Below are positions 54,151-64,000 of a DNA stretch of 64,000 nucleotides, in pieces (the first letter of the stretch is position 1; every line of letters starts with the position of its first letter). The DNA is from Terriglobia bacterium (GTDB taxonomy: Bacteria; Acidobacteriota; Terriglobia; 2-12-FULL-54-10): the NCBI GenBank assembly GCA_963666975.2, contig CAXVYR010000004.1, forward strand, positions 1,408,001 to 1,472,000, given 5' to 3'. A program made the translations under genes and the position numbers. The notes beneath the pieces were generated by a model. The model was not told the DNA's origin. It worked only from the letters and a program-made list of their open reading frames with translations, and did not search any database.

Positions 54151-55323
54151 TTAAAACGCCCGAATCTGCTCCCGGTAGCCCTCGAAGTTTCGCCGCGTCT
54201 CATCGAGAGAATCTCCGCCGAACTTCTCGAGCAAACAGCGCGCCAGCACCAGCGCCACCATGGCCTCCGCCCCCACGCCAGCGGCCGGGACCACGCAGAC
54301 GTCCGACCGCTCGTAGGCCGCCTTCACCGGCTCTTTCGTCTCCATGTGCACCGACTGCAAGGGCCGCCGCAGCGTGGAGATGGGCTTAAGGTACCCGCGG
54401 ACCACGACATCCTCGCCGTTGCTGATGCCGCCCTCCAGGCCCCCGGCATGATTGGCGGGACGGGTAAAGCGCTGCTCGTCGCGGCTGTAGTCGATCTGGT
54501 CATGAACCCGCGATCCGTGCGAGACGGCGTTCTCTATCCCCGTGCCGATCTCCACCGCCTTGACCGCCTGCAACGACATCACCGCCTGGGAGAGTAAACC
54601 ATCCAGCCGCTCATCCCAGTTGGCGTGCGTGCCCAGGCCAGGGGGAACGTTATGCGCCACCACCTCAAAGATGCCGCCCAGGGTATCGCCCGTGCGCAGT
54701 ACCGCATCGACCGCCGCCTTCATCGCCATCTCGGCCTCGGCGTCGACGCAGTTGAATAGGATGTCTTGTTTGGCCGCCGTCTTCTTGATCTCATCCCATC
54801 CGGCTGTCTTCCCGGCATGGACCGCGCCCACGGCGATGACGTGGCTGAGCACCTCGATCCCAAATTGAACCAGCAGCAGTTTGGCCAGACCGCCGGCGGC
54901 CACCCGCGCCGCGCTCTCCCGCGCGCTGGCTCGCTCCAGAATATAGCGCGCTTCATGGAAATTGTACTTCAGGCAACCGGCCAGGTCGGCGTGCCCCGGA
55001 CGTGGCGGGTTCAAAGACTTGTATTTCGCGGCGGTCTGCTCCTGCTCCTCCACCGGAAGCGCTTCAGTCCAGTTCTCCCAGTCGCGGTTGGTGATCAGCA
55101 TGGCCACAGGCGCTCCGATGGTCTTGCTGCGGCGGACGCCGGAGAGAATCTCCACCTGGTCGGATTCGATCTTCATGCGGCCGCCCCGTCCGTAGCCGCC
55201 CTGACGGCGTTTCAGCTCGCGGTTGATGGAGGCGGCCTCGACAGGAATGCCCGCAGGAAGGCCGGAGACCAGAGCCACCAGCCCCTGCCCGTGAGACTCA
55301 CCTGCGGTTTGAAATCGCAACAT
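54151..55323 (-). CDS. aroC: Chorismate synthase
   Basis: TAGESHG, RRQGGYGRG, PRPGHAD, ERASARE, GGLEGGISNG, ERSD. Confidence 0.97.
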   Translation of the reverse strand: MLRFQTAGESHGQGLVALVSGLPAGIPVEAASINRELKRRQGGYGRGGRMKIESDQVEILSGVRRSKTIGAPVAMLITNRDWENWTEALPVEEQEQTAAKYKSLNPPRPGHADLAGCLKYNFHEARYILERASARESAARVAAGGLAKLLLVQFGIEVLSHVIAVGAVHAGKTAGWDEIKKTAAKQDILFNCVDAEAEMAMKAAVDAVLRTGDTLGGIFEVVAHNVPPGLGTHANWDERLDGLLSQAVMSLQAVKAVEIGTGIENAVSHGSRVHDQIDYSRDEQRFTRPANHAGGLEGGISNGEDVVVRGYLKPISTLRRPLQSVHMETKEPVKAAYERSDVCVVPAAGVGAEAMVALVLARCLLEKFGGDSLDETRRNFEGYREQIRAF

Positions 55324-55483
55324 AAGGCCGCCTGTACCTAATTGAAATCCTTAAACGCCCGCTTCATTTGGTAATTCGCTAGCTGATAAGCATACATCAG
55401 CTATCGGGCAGCGTGCAAAACGGCTGACGATGAAGATCGTGGGGTATTAGTGCGTTTCCAAAGTGGGTGTAAACCACGACGCG

Positions 55484-55536
55484 TTGTCATTCCGAGCCCC
55501 TTCGGCGTTGCTCAGGGCAGGCTCTCGCGGCTCGGA
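55484..55536. repeat. REP-like hairpin downstream of the FmdB-family gene
   Basis: TGTCATTCCGAGCC...TCGCGGCTCGGA; combines ends of both REP types seen in the window. Confidence 0.5.
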
Positions 55537-55537
55537 T

Positions 55538-55753
55538 TTACTTGCATCCGCAGGTGGTGGGAGTGCAGGCGCAGGAGCCGGAAGATGGCCCGGCATCACT
55601 CGCGCCGTTCTTGCCAGGGGTGCTGACTACGGAGAACTGCAGGGTATGGCGAGGGCTGCCGCACGACGGGCAGGCAATGGACTCGGTCTTGCTAAGAAGC
55701 AGCTTCTCAAAAGGATTTTTGCATGCTTCGCAAACGTATTCATAGATCGGCAT
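55538..55753 (-). CDS. FmdB-family zinc-ribbon protein
   Basis: MPIYEYVCEAC...CPSCGS...CACTPTTCGCK. Confidence 0.88.
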   Translation of the reverse strand: MPIYEYVCEACKNPFEKLLLSKTESIACPSCGSPRHTLQFSVVSTPGKNGASDAGPSSGSCACTPTTCGCK

Positions 55754-55803
55754 AAAAAAAGCCCGGCATACAAAACTTCCGGCATAAAACAATCTCGGGC
55801 AAC

Positions 55804-55850
55804 AAAAATTCGGGTAACAATGTGCTGTTGCAGCACGCTGTTACCCGAAT
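55804..55850 (-). terminator. Rho-independent terminator-like hairpin after the radical SAM gene
   Basis: ATTCGGGTAACA...TGTTACCCGAAT stem followed by a T-run on the minus strand. Confidence 0.6.
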
Positions 55851-55902
55851 GGATCATTCGTCACTCGTCATCCGTCAATTTAGATGCAACCGTCCGGACG
55901 GC

Positions 55903-57935
<2,033 letters not shown>

Positions 57936-58616
57936 CTGCTTATTGTCTCCTGACGAAAAGTTTCTTAAAGTAACTGGGATGCCTAAAAATGCAATTCCTT
58001 GATGATGTGCACCCACTCCTGAGCAGCATCATCAGGGGGCGCCCCTAGGCACCACGTAAGGTACACCTCTACTTAAATACCAGGCTATGCTAAAGCCTAG
58101 TTCCAGGGCAACCTAAGAGATTTTGATTAAACTGTGATTTTTCATAGCTGTATGGGTCAATTAAGTGCCCGAATGGGGGATCAAAGGAGGACACTTTTCG
58201 GAAAAGGTTGAAAAGGCTCGCCTACAAGTACCGTGCTTTCTTTATCTGGTTGAGGCAAGGGACGTCTGGGCGTAATCTTGCGGCATGGCTAAGATCACAT
58301 GGGAGCAGGTTTGGAAATGGATCGAGCGTGTCCAGACCTTCAAGTGGCTTGTTGGGCTTGTTGTGGCTGGCGGTATGATGACCTTTATTACCACAGTCCT
58401 GCAAGTCCTGGGATATGTCTCGGGGCCTTGGTTAATTGTGCTCGCTTGCGGAATATTCGCTCTGGTTTTGAGCGGACCAGTTTTCGCAGTAGAAAGAGGC
58501 TGGATTGCCCCAAAGCGGCAGAACAAAACGACTATGGCTACCCAGAAAGAATCAACGGCCACATTCTTGATAACCGATGTCCGCATAGCGAAGAGACATC
58601 TCTATCGCTTAAATCG

Positions 58617-60065
58617 GAAGGTGTCCCAAACTCAGTTGCAGGTTGGGACGGCGGGTTGAGTTCATATTACGCCACTTTCTCCTTGTGAGAGGAAGCAGCG
58701 TTTGGACTTCGGCCGAGAATCGATGCCAAAGCCCAGAGATCGTGATAACCCATGATCTTCCGGAAATTCTTCTCGGTCAGCAGAAACGCTCCTGCCACCC
58801 AGCGCAACGTCATCTCGCCGTCGCGCCAGCGGCAAACATTGCCAGTCTTTTTCCGCACGCCCGACTGCGGGCTCTCGATGAGGTTCGTGGTTGCCAGGCA
58901 GCGGTGGAGGCTGGGAGGAACGTCGGCTCGATTGATCGTAAAGGTCTCCTCCAACCCTTCGCGCAAGCTGGCGGCTGCTGCCGGATGATCGCACTCGATC
59001 ATCCCAGCGAGCTTTTTTATGCGCACGATGCCTTCCTCGGCTTGGGGCAATCGCCAGGCGGCGCGCATCAGCGACCGCACCTGATTCGCCAGCATTTTGT
59101 CGCCCTTTGGTAACCGCTCAGCCACGTTGCGCAGCTTATGAGTACGGCAACGCTGCACCAGCTGATTGCTGCCGAATACTTCCTCGATCCCCGCGCGGAG
59201 CGCTTTGGCGCCGTCGATCACAAACAGATAGCGCTGATCCGTGCGCAAACCTTGCTGGCGCAGGCGGGTGAGAAGGTCTTTCACCGCAGCGGCGTTTTCG
59301 GTCGCGCCCAGTTGAATCCCCAGCACATGCTTGCGGCCCTCGATGTCCACGCCCACGGCGCTGATGACGTGGTGGGAGCCGAACCGCATTCCGTCCAGGT
59401 AAATCACCAGAATCTCGACCTCCTCCCAGCGCCGCGCCAACAGTTCTTCCAGCCGCCGCGCTCCTTGCTCGGCCGCTTCCCGGCTCACCTGAGACTTCGA
59501 CACCCCAGCGCTGTTGGCCATCTCCGGGATCACCTCGCGGTAGTTCCGCGTCGAAACCCCTTTCAACAGTGCCTCGAACATCTCCTCGCCCGTCTTCTCG
59601 CTTTTCCGCAGTGCTTCGTAGGCCGGCACCGCTTCTTCCCCTCCGCCCTTCCGGCGCAGCCGGGGCCGCTCCACCCGCAGCTGGCGATCGGCCAGTTTCA
59701 CCCTCCCCAATTGCCGGCCATGCCAGCGCACCTCTCCGCTCGCCTTCCCGGGACTCTTTGGCCCCGCGATTTGCTCTGCGCTCATGCTCAGAATCGTTTC
59801 AATCAAACCTCGCCCGGCCCGATCAATCACCTCATCCACCGCCAGACGCGCCTCCGTGATCAGATCCACCACCGGCAACAGCATCTGTCCGTTGGTTTGG
59901 CAAAACTTCTGGATGGTTTCTTCGGCTCCCTTGGAACCCAGTTCCAAAACGTGATATTTTCCCTTCATTCGGCGGTTCTCCTTCTATAGGATTTAGGCTT
60001 GGCCCGATTCTATTCGATTCGGGCCGAACCGCCGTTCAACCTTCAACTATGTATGGGACACCCTC
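58617..60065 (-). mobile_element. IS256-family element, copy 1 (1449 bp)
   Basis: Ends GAAGGTGTCCCA / TGGGACACCCTC; 8-bp TSD TTAAATCG at 58609-58616 and 60267-60274. Confidence 0.92.
58667..59968 (-). CDS. IS256-family (Mutator-like) DDE transposase
   Basis: GVSTR, IYLDG, AVGVDxEGRKHVLG, FVIDGAKAL, QRCRTHK, TTNLIES. Confidence 0.95.
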   Translation of the reverse strand: MKGKYHVLELGSKGAEETIQKFCQTNGQMLLPVVDLITEARLAVDEVIDRAGRGLIETILSMSAEQIAGPKSPGKASGEVRWHGRQLGRVKLADRQLRVERPRLRRKGGGEEAVPAYEALRKSEKTGEEMFEALLKGVSTRNYREVIPEMANSAGVSKSQVSREAAEQGARRLEELLARRWEEVEILVIYLDGMRFGSHHVISAVGVDIEGRKHVLGIQLGATENAAAVKDLLTRLRQQGLRTDQRYLFVIDGAKALRAGIEEVFGSNQLVQRCRTHKLRNVAERLPKGDKMLANQVRSLMRAAWRLPQAEEGIVRIKKLAGMIECDHPAAAASLREGLEETFTINRADVPPSLHRCLATTNLIESPQSGVRKKTGNVCRWRDGEMTLRWVAGAFLLTEKNFRKIMGYHDLWALASILGRSPNAASSHKEKVA

Positions 60066-60266
60066 CCTTTATTACCACAGTCCTGCAAGTCCTGGGATAT
60101 GTCTCGGGGCCTTGGTTAATTGTGCTCGCTTGCGGAATATTCGCTCTGGTTTTGAGCGGACCAGTTTTCGCAGTAGAAAGAGGCTGGATTGCCCCAAAGC
60201 GGCAGAACAAAACGACTATGGCTACCCAGAAAGAATCAACGGCCACATTCTTGATGGGACACCCTC
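60066..60266 (+). repeat. 190-bp copy of 58382-58571 followed by a second IS terminus
   Basis: 60066-60255 matches 58382-58571; flanked on both sides by ATGGGACACCCTC (60053-60065 and 60254-60266). Confidence 0.93.
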
Positions 60267-60804
60267 TTAAATCGAGAGCAACAGAGTAAATACACGAACC
60301 ATGTTCCACAACGTCATCAAATAGAGGATGAGATGCTCGGTCTTGTCGCAATATTTACAAACACTCCACCAGAGAGAACGGCTGGCGAATACATCTCGGA
60401 TGTACATGCGCAGTTATCCTTTCAAAAAGAAGGCGAGATAGAGCCAATACGGATTGACTATGGATGCTGGGTAGATGCGGATATTAACGAAGTGTCTTTC
60501 GCTCGTGGGGGCGCAAATGCCTTGATTCTAGCTGTTCAATTACGAGGGGGGGAACTTAGTTGGTGTGCAGTTGAGGATGGAAGGGATCAATATAAAAAAT
60601 GGCACGCCCCTGCATATTGGGAACTCTCAACACCGGCAGAGCTCTCCGTAACGGTCCGGTTGATCTCAAGCAATGGCAAATTAAATTCGGAGTATCTCTT
60701 TTCGGTTGATACTACGGACGAAGGCTCGATTGAGTATAAGGGAGAGAGCGGTGCCTAGCTCGACTAGCTGCCAAGGAGATTGTTCAATCAAGAGGTTGTT
60801 ACCT

Positions 60805-61534
60805 CTACGCTGCAACCGCCTCGCCCCTTTGGTGCGGTTGCAACTTTTGGGGCGGTCTTCCCCCATAGTTGGCCTTCCTCACGAGCAAGTCGGTCTTGAC
60901 CATGTTCCAGATTGCCCTCTTGGTCCGGTTGCGATAGTGGATTTTGGCCCGCTTCCGATAGTAACGGTTCGCCCGCTCGACATGGTTGGAGGTCCGGGGG
61001 CAGTCGATGTAGTCCAGGAAGGTGATGGCCTTGGCAAACTGCTCGGTTCGGAGCGTTCGGACCACTCTCTTGAGCGGGTCGCTGAACGAGTACAACTCAT
61101 TCTCGATGATCTCCCGACGTTTGCCCCAGGCCTCCAGGTGGGTTTGGTTTCGCGTGAAGAGGCCGAACACCTTCAGGACAAGGTCTCGGATCAGGCGGAG
61201 GCGGGCGTAGCGGGCGCTCAGTTCAGCAATGGCCGCCCGCTGGGTCTCACTCAGCTTCTCCTCTCGGCTCAAAAGGACGTAACGGAGGCCCCACAGCTTG
61301 CGGGAATCCTCTTTAGTGCCCACCTTTCGAGCAAGGACGCCCCGAAGGTCGTTGATGGCGGTCAGGACGTTCTTGGTAATGGCGCGGGTGTAGTGGAAGA
61401 TGCAGAGTTGCTGTCTGATCCCCGGCCAAACTTCTTTTGGGACGTTTTGGTAGATAGGTGCACCGTCGGTCACAATGACACTTGGATGAATCCCCAAGTC
61501 TTTAAGGTGTGTCAGGAATTGGCGAGCTCTTCTT
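60805..61534 (-). pseudogene. 5'-truncated DDE transposase (ISL3/IS66-like)
   Basis: IVTDGAPIY, QQLCIFHY, RTSNHVERANR; cut by IS256 copy 2. Confidence 0.7.
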
Positions 61535-62983
61535 CAGGGTGTCCCATACATAGTTGAAGGTTGAACGGCGGTTCGGCCCGAATCGAATAGAATCGGGCCA
61601 AGCCTAAATCCTATAGAAGGAGAACCGCCGAATGAAGGGAAAATATCACGTTTTGGAACTGGGTTCCAAGGGAGCCGAAGAAACCATCCAGAAGTTTTGC
61701 CAAACCAACGGACAGATGCTGTTGCCGGTGGTGGATCTGATCACGGAGGCGCGTCTGGCGGTGGATGAGGTGATTGATCGGGCCGGGCGAGGTTTGATTG
61801 AAACGATTCTGAGCATGAGCGCAGAGCAAATCGCGGGGCCAAAGAGTCCCGGGAAGGCGAGCGGAGAGGTGCGCTGGCATGGCCGGCAATTGGGGAGGGT
61901 GAAACTGGCCGATCGCCAGCTGCGGGTGGAGCGGCCCCGGCTGCGCCGGAAGGGCGGAGGGGAAGAAGCGGTGCCGGCCTACGAAGCGCTGCGGAAAAGC
62001 GAGAAGACGGGCGAGGAGATGTTCGAGGCACTGTTGAAAGGGGTTTCGACGCGGAACTACCGCGAGGTGATCCCGGAGATGGCCAACAGCGCTGGGGTGT
62101 CGAAGTCTCAGGTGAGCCGGGAAGCGGCCGAGCAAGGAGCGCGGCGGCTGGAAGAACTGTTGGCGCGGCGCTGGGAGGAGGTCGAGATTCTGGTGATTTA
62201 CCTGGACGGAATGCGGTTCGGCTCCCACCACGTCATCAGCGCCGTGGGCGTGGACAGCGAGGGCCGCAAGCATGTGCTGGGGATTCAACTGGGCGCGACC
62301 GAAAACGCCGCTGCGGTGAAAGACCTTCTCACCCGCCTGCGCCAGCAAGGTTTGCGCACGGATCAGCGCTATCTGTTTGTGATCGACGGCGCCAAAGCGC
62401 TCCGCGCGGGGATCGAGGAAGTATTCGGCAGCAATCAGCTGGTGCAGCGTTGCCGTACTCATAAGCTGCGCAACGTGGCTGAGCGGTTACCAAAGGGCGA
62501 CAAAATGCTGGCGAATCAGGTGCGGTCGCTGATGCGCGCCGCCTGGCGATTGCCCCAAGCCGAGGAAGGCATCGTGCGCATAAAAAAGCTCGCTGGGATG
62601 ATCGAGTGCGATCATCCGGCAGCAGCCGCCAGCTTGCGCGAAGGGTTGGAGGAGACCTTTACGATCAATCGAGCCGACGTTCCTCCCAGCCTCCACCGCT
62701 GCCTGGCAACCACGAACCTCATCGAGAGCCCGCAGTCGGGCGTGCGGAAAAAGACTGGCAATGTTTGCCGCTGGCGCGACGGCGAGATGACGTTGCGCTG
62801 GGTGGCAGGAGCGTTTCTGCTGACCGAGAAGAATTTCCGGAAGATCATGGGTTATCACGATCTCTGGGCTTTGGCATCGATTCTCGGCCGAAGTCCAAAC
62901 GCTGCTTCCTCTCACAAGGAGGAAGTGGCGTAATATGAACTCAACCCGCCGTCCCAACCTGCAACTGAGTTTGGGACACCTTC
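61535..62983 (+). mobile_element. IS256-family element, copy 2 (1449 bp), inverted relative to copy 1, no TSD
   Basis: Ends CAGGGTGTCCCA / TGGGACACCTTC; near-identical to copy 1; flanks CTCTTCTT and CGACTTCT differ. Confidence 0.92.
61632..62933 (+). CDS. IS256-family DDE transposase
   Basis: 433 aa; two visible residue differences from copy 1 (GVDSEG vs GVDIEG, HKEEVA vs HKEKVA). Confidence 0.95.
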   Translation: MKGKYHVLELGSKGAEETIQKFCQTNGQMLLPVVDLITEARLAVDEVIDRAGRGLIETILSMSAEQIAGPKSPGKASGEVRWHGRQLGRVKLADRQLRVERPRLRRKGGGEEAVPAYEALRKSEKTGEEMFEALLKGVSTRNYREVIPEMANSAGVSKSQVSREAAEQGARRLEELLARRWEEVEILVIYLDGMRFGSHHVISAVGVDSEGRKHVLGIQLGATENAAAVKDLLTRLRQQGLRTDQRYLFVIDGAKALRAGIEEVFGSNQLVQRCRTHKLRNVAERLPKGDKMLANQVRSLMRAAWRLPQAEEGIVRIKKLAGMIECDHPAAAASLREGLEETFTINRADVPPSLHRCLATTNLIESPQSGVRKKTGNVCRWRDGEMTLRWVAGAFLLTEKNFRKIMGYHDLWALASILGRSPNAASSHKEEVA

Positions 62984-63555
62984 CGACTTCTCGCGCTATA
63001 TCATCGCCTGGCGGCTGTGCAAAACCATGAGCGCAAGTGACGTCTCGGCCACGTTGCGGGATGCTTTGCAAGCCACCGGCCTCGACCGCGTGGGCGCCCG
63101 GCACAGACCTCGCCTCCTGAGCGACAACGGGCCGTGCTACGTCTCTTCCGAACTGCAATCATGGCTGGCAGAAAACAGCGTGCCGCATACTCGCGGCAAG
63201 CCCTATCACCCCATGACGCAGGGCAAGATCGAACGCTGGCACCGAACTCTGAAAGACCGCATCCTGCTCAACAACTATTACCTGCCAGAAGAGCTGGAGC
63301 GGCAGATCGATGCCTTCGTCAACCACTACAACACCAACCGATACCATGAAAGCCTGAACAACCTGACACCGTATGACGTTTTTACAGGCCAAGGCAGTGC
63401 CATCCTGCAAAAACGGGATCGCATCAAAGAGAAAACTATGATCTTAAGAAAACGGTTGCACTTCAAAAGAAGGGCAGCCTAACATCAACCCAGAGGAGCC
63501 TGAACGCCACCTTATCTTTTTATGCTCTGTGTCCAACATTATCTGACGACGTACA
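62984..63555 (+). mobile_element. 3' remnant of an IS3/IS481-type element (integrase core plus right IR)
   Basis: DFSRYIIAWRL...RLLSDNGPCY...HPMTQGKIERWHRTLK...YNTNRYHESL, stop at 63482; terminus ...ATCTGACGACGTACA at 63555. Confidence 0.85.
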
Positions 63556-64000
63556 GTGTCAATATTCCCAATCCCCTCCACCAAAAGCGCCGCCAGCCGC
63601 ACTGAACCCCCGCCGCCACCCTGGGCTAGGGTGGAACCAGTTCCGGCAGTGACACCTATGACAGAAATTAATCCGTTCAGCGTGATTCGCTGCGCAGCGG
63701 CGATTACCAACGCCCCGCCGCCCCTCCCCCCTTCCGGGCCTTGGGTTACACCATCACTAGACGCCCCGCCATTTCCTCCCCCACCTCCTAACGGGGGATA
63801 TAGCGAGCCCGCTGCCGACAGCGAACCGGAGCGAGGACCGAAACCAGCGGGGCTAAAACCGCCTTGGTTGGAGCCATCCCCTTGTTGGAAAGATGAGGAT
63901 AGCGATGCAATGAGGGCAGTTTCTTCCAGGATTACATCTTGACAGGAGAGGATGATAACCGGAGGCCCCGGAACTGATAAAGAAGGATTGAAGAACCCCG
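63556..64000 (-). pseudogene. Glycine-rich protein entering from the window end, interrupted by the IS3/IS481 remnant
   Basis: Open minus frame ...PPVIILSCQDV...GGGGGNGG...GGRGGGALVIAAAQRITLNGLI...GGGGGSVRLAALLVEGIGNIDT| abutting the IS end. Confidence 0.65.

Larger units (their letters stand above)
58285..60758 (+). pseudogene. Hypothetical membrane-anchored protein (271 aa reconstructed) disrupted by IS256
   Basis: 58285-58616 joined to 60275-60758 gives one 816-nt open frame (...HLYRLNR|EQQSKYTN...EDEMLGLVAIF...); visibly AT-richer than the host genes. Confidence 0.85.

Noticed and set aside
58617-62983. Composite transposon that inserted as one unit
   Set aside because: The outer flanks (TTAAATCG vs CGACTTCT) do not match; copy 1 has its own TSD at 60267-60274.
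63556-63942. Proline-rich plus-strand ORF
   Set aside because: Antisense mirror of the Gly-rich minus-strand frame.

Overview
GC-rich bacterial chromosome segment, most likely Acidobacteriota (inferred from gene content and REP types). Housekeeping blocks: uppS-cdsA-dxr-rseP-ispG, aroC-rmuC-def-fmt, aceE, otsA and a two-component pair. Accessory loci: an SSS transporter, a CHASE/PAS hybrid kinase split by a 28-bp duplication, tcuAB, a PQQ dehydrogenase, a cupin-cupin-Cdc48-like AAA+ operon, a hydrolase/peptidase run, a MerR-operator-driven thioredoxin-fold/arsM operon, and a frameshifted radical SAM gene resembling tetraether synthase (Tes). Mobile DNA is abundant. A REP-flanked RAYT transposase sits between def and fmt, and several REP doublets are nested inside MITE-like terminal inverted repeats. 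There are three attC-like relics but no integrase, and a pair of inverted dif/XerD-like sites. The right end is an IS nest with two inverted 1449-bp IS256 copies; one has a duplicated terminus enclosing a 190-bp copy of its own target gene. No rRNA, tRNA or CRISPR array was recognised. All family calls come from motif recognition by eye, not database searches.
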